Source: Selaginella moellendorffii | Taxonomy: Eukaryota; Plantae; Lycopodiophyta | Assembly (NCBI RefSeq): GCF_000143415.4 | Contig: NW_003314263.1 | Coordinates: 4,012,500-4,076,499, forward strand | Direction: 5' to 3' | Length of the DNA stretch: 64,000 bases | In this document: one piece after another, positions 24,766 through 37,868 of the stretch | How the letters are laid out: the number at the start of each line of letters is the position of its first letter | Position numbering within the stretch: position 1 is the stretch's first letter | Notes under the pieces: generated by a model | Told to the model about the DNA's origin: nothing | Seen by the model: only the letters and a program-made list of their open reading frames with translations | The model's database searches: none | Program-made: the position numbers and the translations under genes

Positions 24766-26679
24766 AAACAAACCCGGTGATGCTGCGATCAGGGGAGATC
24801 GATAAACATGTATGTACACATATCCCAATGAGATTAATACAAAAACTAAGTATGCGACCCTCTACATGATCGTTTTGTATCAAAGCTGGACCTAGTGGTG
24901 GAGTAGAAGAGGATATGGTTGTCTCATTCAAATTATGTCGATGTGCAAGTCTCCCGTTTGAGACCATTGTAAAACAGAATCCAAGGGGCACCATTGCCAG
25001 TGAATCTCACCACCTACCATTCTGTCGAAACACAAGAGGCAATTGGACCTCTAGCTGCCTTGGTTTTGTCCGCTCTTTCAAGATGGCGTAATGAAGCGAT
25101 AATGCCAGATCGATAAACATGTATGTATATTCCCCATGTCCCAATGGGACTAATATGAAAAGTGGGTGTGCTGCCTTCTTAGTAAGTTACTCTATGTGAT
25201 CCTCTTGTGTTGCAACTGGACTTTGTCCTAAAGTAGAAGTGGACATAGTTGTCTCTTTCGAATTGTGTTGATGTCCAAGTCTCCCCCTCAGGCCAAACGT
25301 AGAACAGAGTCCAGGGGGCACCATTGCCAGCAGGTATTGTGACCTGCCATTCTATTGAAATACAGTAGCCACTTGGACCTCCACTCCTCTAGCTATGTCG
25401 GTTTTGCCCGCTCTTTCAGGATGGTATAATGAAGATGCACCACTGCAAGAGTGAGTCTCCACCATGAAGCCACCTCCACTGAAATCCTCACTTGTTGCCT
25501 ATCGCAGTGACAATGGTTTCGTGCCATGGTGCTTGCACTCTTGTCACTCTCTAGATGGACCACCGCTCATGGCCTATTGCCTCCCTAAATGACATCCCAA
25601 TTTCAGCCCTTGTCACGTCCCACTGGACTCGCATGCTCCATCTATGTCGTCCTCGACGTTCCAGGCTGGACCAATGCTTGGACCTCTAGCTCCCTCAAAC
25701 CAGTGGAGGATATCCCAACTCTAAACCTCAAACTCCGGAATGTCTCTTAATTCTTGAGTCTCTATGAAAATCTATCGCCATACCTCTCTTACAATGTCAC
25801 ATTCCTATAGTGCATGCCACACTGCCTCTAGCTCGCTACACTCCTTGCATTGTCAGTGTGCTTCCTTTTGGAACTGTTATCCTACTAGCAGCCTGTTATT
25901 TGCCACCAACCAAGAAGTGGCCTTAACTTTCTCCTATGCGGGTAATTTCCAAAATGCAAGTGTGTTGTCCACCACCTGGTTAGTTTCAACTCCTTGCTCA
26001 ATCCATTTCTTCCAAAGCTTGGGTATCTCCCCTCGGCCTTCTCCCTGCTAGTCAAGAGACCATCCCATGCTTCCTTGACTTCAAACGAGAAGAAGCTCTT
26101 TGTTCCTCATTTCTATGTTGTCGGGTCCCAATCCAAATCTTCGATGAGCTGCTGTCACCACCATCTGAGAATGCCATCCCCCTCTAGTGAGGCCTCCGAT
26201 TGAACCACACTAGTTGCTTCAAAGCTTGTCTTACTACTCAAATCCTGTCCTTGACTTCATCATTCGTCACCATCGGGCATGACCTGTTCACCTCCTGCTG
26301 GCAGCAGCATATTGCTTCTCATGACTTGAAAAGGACAACCAATATTCTATTTAGGAAACACAATGAACCACACCTCCACATCACCATCCTCCCAAGCTGG
26401 TGTTAGGGCTATAAACATTCATGTCTAGGCTCCCAAGTTGACTCATTCCTTGTCTGGCTCCACGTCTCATTGTAGAGCCACAAAGTCTCTAGATTTGAGA
26501 CATCACCTAGGCCAGAGTTTCCCCTTCTTTGCCTCGCTCACCACTCTAATGATGCAAAGAAGATTGAGGTGGATTTTCCTCCACCGTCTTGGATTAAAGA
26601 CCTGCATATACCTTGTAGTCATCTTCATATCCTTGTCTAGAATTGCCACCAGTTTCTTGAGAGTTTGGAAGCCTTCACC

Positions 26680-27797
26680 TATAAGCGACTAAATTTTCCA
26701 TTCTACTTTAGTCACTTAACCACACCTCTGACCACTTGGAGGAGTCTCATTCACAACCTCCATAAGTCCAATCCAGGACTTGGGACTTGCTAGCCCCGAG
26801 AATGGCATCCATGCCACTCAACATTTGCACTTGGTCCAAGTGCTCCACGTGTCCAATCCCATGACCGACACTCAAAGGTACCACCGACATAGCAGCCCGT
26901 TACGCTAAGGCCATGCCCAATCACCTTTGCCACACTGGTAGTCCAATACCACTTGCATCACCGTCTTGACTCTCCAAGACTAGGCAAGCCATCCGTGAGT
27001 GGTCATCTCAGGTCCACTCCTTAGCATCCTTAGGATGCCCACCGACAAGGGGAATAGCCTTCCCCAATATCCCTCTGTCAGCCCCCACTAAGTCCCTTTC
27101 TGCCCTGGCCGTGTTTGCCAACACTGCCACTGGATCGAGACCCACAGGCCCGACCACTAAGTCCCACGGTCCTCTGGGACTTCCTCACCACACGACTGTG
27201 TCCTTGGTCACTACCCCAGAGGACTGCTCCTCTTCCTTTCCACAGTCTGGGCCTTTGGGACAACATTTCGGAACACCGTGGCCTTACGCGAGCCACCTGG
27301 GTACTCTCCCCGCCTTTCGTCTTTAGGTGCTCTAGCCATGGGCTTAGAGCGAGGTTCCGTTGAGCCACGCCTGGTATCCAAGTAGGTAGTGCCACCCACA
27401 CTTGGACTGGGAGCATCGGCCAGTCGATCTCCCGGGGGAACTAGAGCCGGCTCTTGAACACTTCACCAAGCTACCCCGCTTGTCGGTCTGTGTTCACTCT
27501 AGTCTTGGACTTCCTAGTGGGCAGCTCATCACCCAACACTGGTCCGGCCTTCCTGGGCCAAACTGGCCTTTCCTGGCCAAACTGGCTCCACTGCAGTCCT
27601 CCCCCTACTATACTTTTGGAGCTCACCAAACCCCCCAGGGTCTGGGAGACGAACGCTTTGGGCTTTCACCCTCTCAGACTCGAACTCGGACTCGGACTCG
27701 GACTCAGACTCGGACTCGGACTCAGACTCAGACTCGGACTCGGGCTCGGGCTCGGGCTCGGTCTCGGCCTCGGCCTCAGTCTCGTTCTCGGTCCCGA

Positions 27798-27829
<32 letters not shown>

Positions 27830-30800
27830 CCGGTCTCGGTCTCGACTTCGGACTCCATCTTGGACTCCATCTCGGACTCCATCTCGGACTCCATCTCGGG
27901 TCCATCTCGGACTCCATCTCGGGTCCACCTCGGACTCCATCTCGGACTCCATCTCAGGTCCACCTCGGACTCCATCTCGGACTCCATCTCGGGTCCATCT
28001 CGGGTCCACCTCGGACTCCATCTCGGACTCCATTTCGGGTCCATCTCGAGTCCAACTCGGACTCCATCTCGGACTCCATCTCGGGTCCATCTCGGGTCCA
28101 CCTCGGACTCCATCTCGGACTCCATCTCGGACTCCATTTTGGGTCCATCTCGGGTCCACCTCGGACTCCATCTCGGACTCCATCTCGAACTCCACTTCGG
28201 GTCCATCTTGGGTCCATCTCGGACACTTCCACGTGTCATGTGTTGGTCCTTTTGGGTCCCTTTTTTGGAGCCTCGCTTTTTGCTCACTTCGTGCTCGTTC
28301 CTCGAGCACTTCGTTGGGAGTTCCACTCCCGCTCTTGACTTTTCAAGTCGAAGCTTTTGGTCCAAACGTGTTACGCTCGTTTGGCTCTCGCTTCAGCCAC
28401 TACCACGTGGCACCCTTTCCGGCTCCACTTTGGGGCCTAGGGATTTTGTGTCTCACAACTCCACCACCCATAGACGAAGTTCGATGTCCTCATCGAACGG
28501 TAAACCATTTTGTAAAGTAACACTCGCATGTGTTACCATTTCCATCCTTGGCACCTAGCCAATATTTGTCAATGGTTTGACATTAAAGGCTCACCATGCC
28601 TTTTGCATTTGCCTCAATGGTTTGACACCAAAGGCTCACCATGCCTTGCCTATCCTCTAAGGAGGGTAGTCTCTCCAACTTAGAGACTGATTGGACCACA
28701 TGTAGTGGTTCTCTCCTTTTATTGGTTTAGTTCTCGCTAAACCTCTTAGAGGCCCTTCTCTAAGTCAATCCCACTACTCCTTCTCGAGTAGTCTCAATTT
28801 CCATCTATTGAATGTTTGCACCTTGGAACTTTTACTCTTTTGACTTTTGGAAGTCAATTTCCTAGGTGTCTCCAACACCTTGCATTGCACAGATTGTGCA
28901 ACTCCACTTCCCTATCCTAGGAAGTTCATTACTTGAGGGCACCATCATCCTCTCTTCTATTTCGTGCCACCTTGGGCACTAAGTTCCATTTATCACACTT
29001 TGTGCTAGGGTTGTCCATCGCCCTATCATTTGGCTACCTTACCGCTCCCTCCCTTGGAGCTTCCACTTTCGCCAAATCGGAGCAATTCGGAATCCATCCT
29101 TGGAAACACACTTCCTTTCCCGCAATTTGTTAGCGTCCAACACATTAGTGTTCCTCGCCTAACTTTGTCACTTGGATTCCTTCCAAGGAATTCCACGGCC
29201 CTATCTTGGCCACTCATCTTTTGCTCCTATCCATTGATTGTTGCACCAAGCAACATCGAATCTCTACCTCCCTCCTTGAGGTGTTCTTTTGATTCCTTAG
29301 CAAAGGCTCTGCTTTGCCAAGACTAGGGTGTTCACCCCTAGTAAGTCTCTTTTAGCATCTTCTGCTGTGGGCTTTATCCTCGGCCCAACTTTGTGACCCT
29401 CCCATGGGTCTCTTTAGAGACTACTTTCCTTGGACACACTATGCCACTGCAATGACATAGCTCATTTCCCTAAGGTGCTTTTCCCACTTGGTCACCTTGA
29501 CCAAGCCACACCATCATCAATAGTTCAAATCAACACTTTGAACTAGGAACCTTATTCCTTAACCCAAACAAGGATCTTGTCCTTATTTAGCCACTAGATC
29601 ACCTAGTGATCTCACCTCGGCACCTTAACAGGTTTGCCAATAGGTACTAGGTCTTCCAGACCTTTAACTTGTTAACTACGACCCCGGGGGCATCCCCCAC
29701 ACTTGGCGGTGCGCCCAAGCTAGGCTTAGCTAGCCCTTCTGGCCAAGGGTCCATAGCAACTGAGATTAAGTGTCCTCATCTCACTCACCACGTCCTTGGT
29801 GCCACTTGCACCAAAGCGTTCAAGTTAGATATGCCGAGCTTTCACACTAAGCAATCTAACCGTGCATCACGACTCCGAGGCATCCCTCGCTTGGCGGTGT
29901 GCCCAAACCAGTCTCCCCACTGAGAGTCCATGACCACCGAAATATGAGTGTCCTCATATTCCAAACCATCACCACGCCCTAGTGATTTGGGACTCGAACC
30001 CAAGCACTAAAGGGTCGGGACTCGAACCCAACCTCCGTATATGCATCTACGGACGGCATCACACAAGATGCCTGGCGTGACTCCCCACGCCGGTGCACCA
30101 ACTTGTTTTTAAAGCGCGCTACAGATCACAGGTTAGGAACCTAGTTCCCCCACACTGCCAAGTCCTCTCACTTGACATATCTGTGATCATGCATGGGCTC
30201 CTCCATGCTTAGCCCCATGGGCCACCTTTTTTGAAGTTAGCACCTTCAACTAGGGTATTTGTTCCCCCCAACTTGCCAATCTCACTTAGCAAGTCATCCG
30301 GCCACCATAACATGGTTCATGCATAAGCGTGGAAGTCCTTAACCATCAACTTTCGTTCAAAGCCCTCTCTTTGAACACTCGGGAACTACTTCCCTAACCT
30401 TGACAGCCTTGCCTCATGGCAAGCTTCAAGACCACGCTTCTGCTGCGCCACTCTGATTTCGCGCGTTCTATGAACCATTTACACTTGGCCTTTCTAGGTA
30501 CTAAGCTACCTAGAATCGTCTTTGGGAACCTTGAAGGAACTCTATCCCTTAGCTTGCTAAGGCCTCCCTTTTTGCAAGCTTTCCAATTGCCACATAGTCT
30601 AACATGGACAATTCCATATTTTAGACTCTCCATGACATCACGGTTGCTAGCGGCAACACCCTCGAACCCCCACTTGATTCTCCACTCCCAGCTGGCATAA
30701 CCAACCTTGGTTATGCCCTTCAATTTCTATGGTTCAATTCCATCCCAATACTACTTGCCTTTTGGCCCCATATGTTTCCTTTGGTTATTCTCCTCCAGAC

Positions 30801-33696
30801 CAGGAGGATAGCTTTTGCACTTTCTATCATGCCTTAGCAAGTATTCTTAGGGATGTACCTACCCAATAGCCCAAGGAGTGGTTCCTCAATCCGGGTATGC
30901 TCACCTTATAATCCCACACACTGGGATTACATTGTTGCTTATGGGCCTTTACATGCCCATCACTAGCCTTGCCAAAATTCCATTCTTGGCTTTGTCCAAC
31001 TCGGGTAGACAGTCCTCTCCTGTCTCCACAACCTTGGACATTTGGATAGCACCTTCTATCCATCATTCGCTAGGGACTTAGTCCCTTGGGCTTTATCCAT
31101 TGCCCTCGCGACATCAAACACCACCTTCTGGTGTTCTAGAGTGTTCGGGTGTCCCAATGATGGCTTTCTTGACAATGAGTATTTCCTTTTATAACATTGA
31201 CTTACTATATCGCAACATAAGCAACTTATCCCCCGTAAGGGTGTATCCGACTTCCCTATGCTATTAAGAAGTCTTGGGTAGCTACCTTCTACCCGTTCAA
31301 CCAGTTATTTTGCACCTCTTGCTTAGTTGCCTCATAGTTGTCAAGTCCTACAACTCATTGTTTAGTGCTTTCACACCTCCATCATTATCTGGGTCACCAC
31401 ACTCCAACTGCATGCTCTGCAACTTAGGCTATGCCATTCCCATTTCCATTGGGATTCCTTTGGCAAGGGGTTCTCATGAACCCACCAACATAGCCTCAAG
31501 GTATCACACCTTGGCACATTTGGTGTCTCCACACCATCGGCTCCACAAGCTTACCTCTATGACACTTCCCCTTCGTGTTTATGTCTTTGCCAAGACCAAC
31601 ACCGCTCTTTCTCAAGCCAACCATCCGTTAGCACTGCACCATAAAGGTCACACACAACTTTGTGTCAAAGTTGTTTTTTTCTGAGAACACCTTTCCTATA
31701 ACTTTAGCATGGCACATTTTGCCATCGATGAGATACCCTCTGTTCTCATCTTTGGATCCTATGATCCCCCCCCCATCCTTTGTGGGGTACAACACACCTC
31801 AGTCCAAATGCTTCCATCAGTCCTTTTAGGACCATCCCTTGACTCTACTTGAAGCATCAGCAGTTTTGGACTTGGTTAATCCACAGACCCTTAAGGTCCT
31901 ACTTGTGAGGCACTAGCTCACTGGAATACACTTCTGGCATTCCTATCCTACTCAAAAGGACTATTTTCACAAGTGTTACTCTGACACTTGATTTTGTTCT
32001 TTGGGGGCAACTTTTGCCCCTTACAACTACTTGTCCATGTGATGAGAATACCACTCATCTCTAAGTACACCCCCGAACTCCTTGGGTTGTTTCAGCATTT
32101 ATTAAAGGTAGCCCCGGCTACCATTTCAAGGACTTGAGTCCTCTTCCGTATTTGACCTCCCACGGTCATTACCTCTGGTCTCACATCCATGAGTACCAAC
32201 CTCAACTATATGAGGATAATCTTGTGACTCCTTTATTGTTTTGGAGTCTCTATCTTTCCCGTGATCCCAACTTTAGTTGTTTACCACAACAACCTTAGCC
32301 AATTTGCTGAGACAAATGCTCATCCGGATCACATCCTCAACTCAATGAGGAAAACCTTGTACTGTTCCCAAGATCCCAAAGTCGTTCTATTATTGGCCCT
32401 TTTCTATCCACCACATCGTGCCCACGTTCACGCATGAACTTGAGTGGAGAGCCATGTCCTCTCGACATGCTACTCCTCAAGGATAGGCCCACTCCTAGGA
32501 CCTTCCAATGCCAACATCAATGGTGATATACTTGAGCACCAATAAAAGTCAGACTAAGGAACAGCTCCGATACCAAGTTGTAGGCGACTAAATTTTCCAT
32601 TCTACTTTAGTCACTTAACCACACCTCTGACCACTTGGAGGAGTCTCATTCACAACCTCCATAAGTCCAATCCAGGACTTGGGACTTGCTAGCCCCGAGA
32701 ATGGCATCCATGCCACTCAACATTTGCACTTGGTCCAAGTGCTCCACGTGTCCAATCCCATGACCGACACTCAAAGGTACCACCGACATAGCAGCCCGTT
32801 ACGCTAAGGCCATGCCCAATCACCTTTGCCACACTGGTAGTCCAATACCACTTGCATCACCGTCTTGACTCTCCAAGACTAGGCAAACCATCCGTGAGTG
32901 GTCATCTCAGGTCCACTCCTTAGCATCCTTAGGATGCCCACCGACAAGGGGAATAGCCTTCCCCAATATCCCTCTGTCAGCCCCCACTAAGTCCCTTTCT
33001 GCCCTGGCCGTGTTTGCCAACACTGCCACTGGATCGAGACCCACAGGCCCGACCACTAAGTCCCACGGTCCTCTGGGACTTCCTCACCACACGACTGTGT
33101 CCTTGGTCACTACCCCAGAGGACTGCTCCTCTTCCTTTCCACAGTCTGGGCCTTTGGGACAACATTTCGGAACACCGTGGCCTTACGCGAGCCACCTGGG
33201 TACTCTCCCCGCCTTTCGTCTTTAGGTGCTCTAGCCATGGGCTTAGAGCGAGGTTCCGTTGAGCCACGCCTGGTATCCAAGTAGGTAGTGCCACCCACAC
33301 TTGGACTGGGAGCATCGGCCAGTCGATCTCCCGGGGGAACTAGAGCCGGCTCTTGAACACTTCACCAAGCTACCCCGCTTGTCGGTCTGTGTTCACTCTA
33401 GTCTTGGACTTCCTAGTGGGCAGCTCATCACCCAACACTGGTCCGGCCTTCCTGGGCCACACTGGCCTTTCCTGACCAAACTGGCTCCACTGCAGTCCTC
33501 CCCCTACTATACTTTTGGAGCTCACCAAACCCCCCAGGGTCTGGGAGACGAACGCTTTGGGCTTTCACCCTCTCAGACTCGAACTCGGACTCGGACTCGG
33601 ACTCAGACTCGGACTCGGACTCAGACTCAGACTCGGACTCGGGCTCGGGCTCGGGCTCGGTCTCGGCCTCGGCCTCAGTCTCGTTCTCGGTCCCGA

Positions 33697-33728
<32 letters not shown>

Positions 33729-34097
33729 CCGGTCTCGGTCTCGACTTCGGACTCCATCTTGGACTCCATCTCGGACTCCATCTCGGACTCNNNNNNNNNN
33801 NNNNNNNNNNNNNNNNNNNNNNNNNNNNNNNNNNNNNNNNNNNNNNNNNNNNNNNNNNNNNNNNNNNNNNNNNNNNNNNNNNNNNNNNNNCTGCAGTCCT
33901 CCCCCTGCTATAGCATCGGAGCTCCCCAAACCCCCCAGGGTCTGGGAGCCGAACGCTGAGGGCTTTCACCGTGTCAACATAGAAATCGCAGTAACACTCG
34001 GACTCAGACTCGGACTCGGACTCAGACTCAGACTCGGACTCGGGCTCGGGCTCGGGCTCGGTCTCGGCCTCGGCCTCAGTCTCGTTCTCGGTCCCGA

Positions 34098-34129
<32 letters not shown>

Positions 34130-34769
34130 CCGGTCTCGGTCTCGACTTCGGACTCCATCTTGGACTCCATCTCGGACTCCATCTCGGACTCCATCTCGGG
34201 TCCATCTCGGACTCCATCTCGGGTCCACCTTGGACTCCATCTCGGACTCCATCTCAGGTCCACCTCGGACTCCATCTCGGACTCCATCTCGGGTCCATCT
34301 CGGGTCCACCTCGGACTCCATCTCGGACTCCATCTCGGACTCCATTTCGGGTCCATCTCGAGTCCACCTCGGACTCCATCTCGGACTCCATCTCGGGTCC
34401 ATCTCAGGTCCACCTCGGACTCCATCTCGGACTCCATCTCGGACTCCATTTCGGGTCCATCTCGGGTCCACCTCGGACTCCATCTCGGACTCCATCTCGG
34501 ACTCCACTTTGGGTCCATCTTGGGTCCATCTCGGACACTTCCACGTGTCATGTGTTGGTCCTTTTGGGTCCCTTTTTTGGAGCCTCGCTTTTTGCTCACT
34601 TCGTGCTCGTTCCTCGAGCACTTCGTTGGGAGTTCCACTCCCGCTCTTGACTTTTGAAGGTGGAGCTTTTGGTCCAAACGTGTTACGCTCGTTTGGCTCT
34701 CGCTTCAGCCACTACCACGTGGCACCCTTTCCGGCTCCACTTTGGGGCCTAGGGATTTTGTGTCTCACA
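26680..34769 (-). mobile_element. Non-autonomous LTR retrotransposon (LARD-like), copy A; 3' LTR 26680-28457, 5' LTR 32579-34769; TSD TCACC
   Basis: Near-identical LTRs, Met-type PBS (rc gctccgatacca at ~32564-32575), PPT at 28458-28469, 5-bp TSD at 26675-26679 and 34770-34774, and a 4.1-kb interior with no recognisable gag/pol ORF. Confidence 0.92.
27675..28225. repeat. 6-/12-bp minisatellite (ACTCGG / ACTCCATCTCGG) inside the LTR, present in all copies
   Basis: Tandem array also at ~33575-34535, 52990-53495, 56955-57430, 60530-61020 and 48800-48910. Confidence 0.9.
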
Positions 34770-35657
34770 TCACCATGCAGCTTTCTCTAGATTGTGTAGT
34801 GATTTTCTCTGCCCAGCATCCTGTCATCCACTTTGAAGAGGTCATTGAAGAATAGGGGCTGGTTCAGCTAGTCCTCCGCTTGCCCCAACATTTCCCTACT
34901 AATTGAAAGTTTGCTCCACAGCCTGAGAATCCCTTGAACTAGTGTGCCACCCTTGACTACTTGCTTTGAAGCTCTATTTCGTTAAAGTGGGATTTATTCA
35001 GTAAAATGGGACTAGGTACAAATTTTCAAGTATTTGAAAATGACGTGAAATTATATGTTTTTTGTCCAGGGGCTAGACATATCTGGGGCATGGTGACTAG
35101 CGCGGTGACTTTGTGTCCAGACTGAGTCCATCTGGTTGTATAATAAATCTCATTGTCAAGGTGAACAAGCCGAATCTGAAGCTAAAGAAGAGCGATGGCA
35201 TGCGCGCACACACTATTTGTTTGTTCATTGAGCGTGTGGTGAGCTTTCCAAGATGAACGTCATTCCTATTAGCCAGACATATAACTTAATGGTGAGAACA
35301 TTTAGATATTATTCAATGTTATCTTTTTCTAACGAATCTAATTGTGAAGGTGTAGCAAGAGGCATTGCTAGTCTGGAGAAGTCATTTAACTCATTTGACC
35401 CTTAGTGTATTTTCATGAAACTAAATAACATTCATATTATTAAGGAATTTCTCTAGTACCTTTTTTTTACGACATAGAGGCTTGCATTTCTTTCAAAGGT
35501 GATTTAGTAAAAGGCCTGAGGGCACATGCCATTCTATTTCTCAGACCAGTATTAAGATATACTAGTGCAAAGGGCCACATGCCATCACGCCTCCTTTGAT
35601 TCAGATTCGGATTGTTCACCTTGAAATAAAATACATTAGAAACTTAGTAAAGGAATA

Positions 35658-37868
35658 TTAAATCTCACCTTGAACCCGGGTTATGAATGCTCTTGCTGCA
35701 TCTCTTGCATGGTCTGGCAAGGTGATGGTGGCACTCTGCTTCCGCATCCAACCATGCACAACATTATCCACCGATATGCTCATGCTGGGATCCCTTGGAT
35801 TCAGCACCCATCTCTTTTCTAGGCAATCCTTCGTATATCCGGAACTTGGCTTGAACCACTCCACAGTTACATTGAAGGAGTTAGTTTCCGCGTCCTCCTC
35901 TGCATCAGTGATGCAGCGCCCCACCCATATTATTTGTTTTTTATTACTGGGTCTGACAAGCACGACCATTCCTTTGCAGACTTGTACTGGATTGAATGCT
36001 GAATCCGGCTTCTTGTTCCTCGGCCCACAATAGTGATCCTCAACATCGTTATCTGTCACTGCATTTCCAGAGGACATTGTTCCGCTACTATCTGGTGCTC
36101 TGGGTTCTGGCCAAAAGGACTCTTCCAATTCTTCATATACAACCGGCCCATTTTGGATAGCAGATATAATCTTCTCCCAGTATTCGAGCAAAGGCTTGCA
36201 CCTCTTAAAATAGGATTCTCCACCAAACACCAACCCCCTCTTCCAGAAGGCAATATGCTGTCTAATCCCGGCCACTATACTTTCCTGGTCTTTGAGTCCA
36301 TCCGGGTGCATCGGCCGTGGGGAACCCTGAGGAATCATAGGTTCCCCAGTTATGGGATCTCTCTTGAAGAGTTCAATGCCGTCCACTGGCAGCCACACTG
36401 TGTCCCATTCTCTCATCTTGTACCTCATCACTGGAGCACCGTCACGCATGCTGAAATGAAACTGAAGAGGCTTGGAGTGGCCAATCAGCGTTTCGGATCC
36501 ATCCCTGATGTAGCCTCTTACAAACCCCTTAAAGTCTGGAACCTCTGTCACAAGTGCAGCTTCAACAGTGCCTTTGATGCAATTTTGGAATTCATCGTAG
36601 AGTTGTGGGAGGGTGAGGACATTGGATCGCCGGAGGGACTCTGCCAGGTGACTGAACATGGCATCGACATCTTCATGAGTGTGCCCAACCATGAGAAAGC
36701 CAAGTGTAACCGTTTCAAATATGCCTTTGGCAACAAGCATCGCCAAGTACGCGAAGACGTACATGTTTTTGTTCTCACTGCCAGCATTGTCTGTTTGGAG
36801 CAGAAGATGGGGTGGAAGGCCACATCGGCCGCAAGAACTTCCTTGAGATTCTGCTTCGTTTGGATGAGGCTGTGCATTCACCGGGCGACCAGCCTCGTCG
36901 GAATGGCATGAGGCCTCACGTGATAACCCTACAATCTGACAGCCAACATATTCACTGGGATGGCATGGGGCCCCACGCGATACTGCAAGCCTTTGCTCCT
37001 CCTCCAGCTGAACCCTGTATGGGGTTCCATCGACAAGGGCCTTATGCAAGGGTTGGCCGTTCAGCTCAGTCTGCGCACTTTGCAGAGACCTTAAGTGTTT
37101 TGCTAGGGACGCAATCATCATGTTTGCACCCCCGCCACCCCATAGAGGTACAAAGAAGTTCCCATAGTTCTGGGCACCATGCCCATGAGCGATTATGCCA
37201 AACAGAGACACAGGCAGTTGCATGGATGAAGAGATTGCCTTGGGGGCAGGATTGAGTCGAGGTAAGCACGTCTTTTTCTGGTCCATTTTGTCGTGGATGA
37301 TGCAGAGGTAAGAGTCAGGTCTCTCCATGGAGAGAATCCTGTTATGATAATATGCAGTCCTGCAGCTTCTCTGCTCGATGTTGTGGTCGAGCCGCCTTCT
37401 AACCAACGTCTCTCGCTCTTGAGCGCTGCAAGAATTCTTCGACAAAGCCATTTTGATAGCAGTGCACTCGTCACACTTTGAAAAGCTGGAGTACTTTCCT
37501 ATACTCACATCCCTGAACCTGTTGCTCCACAATCTACTAAATCTAGATTGGCTCAGCTTCCTGTAGCCATTACTCTGGAGTTCCCGATTCACATCTTCCT
37601 ATATGGCCCCCTTGGTATACATGGAAGGGAGAACTCGTTGGGTGTCTCGTGTTCCATCTTCCAAGAGGCGGGTTTTATGTGGTTGCTGCTCGCTACATGT
37701 CTCGACAAACCTCTTGAAGATTGCCTCTCCATATACAACATGACCCCTGGTTTTGTGCGTACCGTCGTTCCCATGGACTGCCTGTTGAACCCTTTGTTCC
37801 TCGAACTCAGTTTTGATTCTGTAGAATGTGGTTCGAGGGACTCCATAAATGATTCTCCATGCCTTCAT
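35658..37868 (-). CDS. Sola-like DDD transposase (HTH, CxxC, RNase H-like core); one in-frame TAG at 37599-37601; N-terminus runs into N gap
   Basis: AWRIIYGVPRTTFYR (HTH-like), SKCDEC, LCIIHDKMDQ, LLLQTDNAGSENKN, FLMVGHTHEDVDAMFS. ORFs 37599-37868 and 35658-37592 are in the same frame. Confidence 0.75.

Noticed and set aside
26802-26818. atggcatccatgcca in the LARD LTR as another copy of the transposon palindrome
   Set aside because: Different spacing (no 6-bp spacer), so treated as coincidental.
27402-28558. Long RS-, LG- and ES-rich ORFs resembling SR proteins (also 33301-34790, 52715-53826, 56669-57707, 60256-61295)
   Set aside because: They are stop-free translations of a 6/12-bp minisatellite inside LTRs, open in several frames on both strands.
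33791-34190. Apparent internal duplication making the 5' LTR of copy A longer
   Set aside because: It flanks a 100-N gap and begins with low-quality-looking sequence, so it is most likely an unmerged contig overlap.
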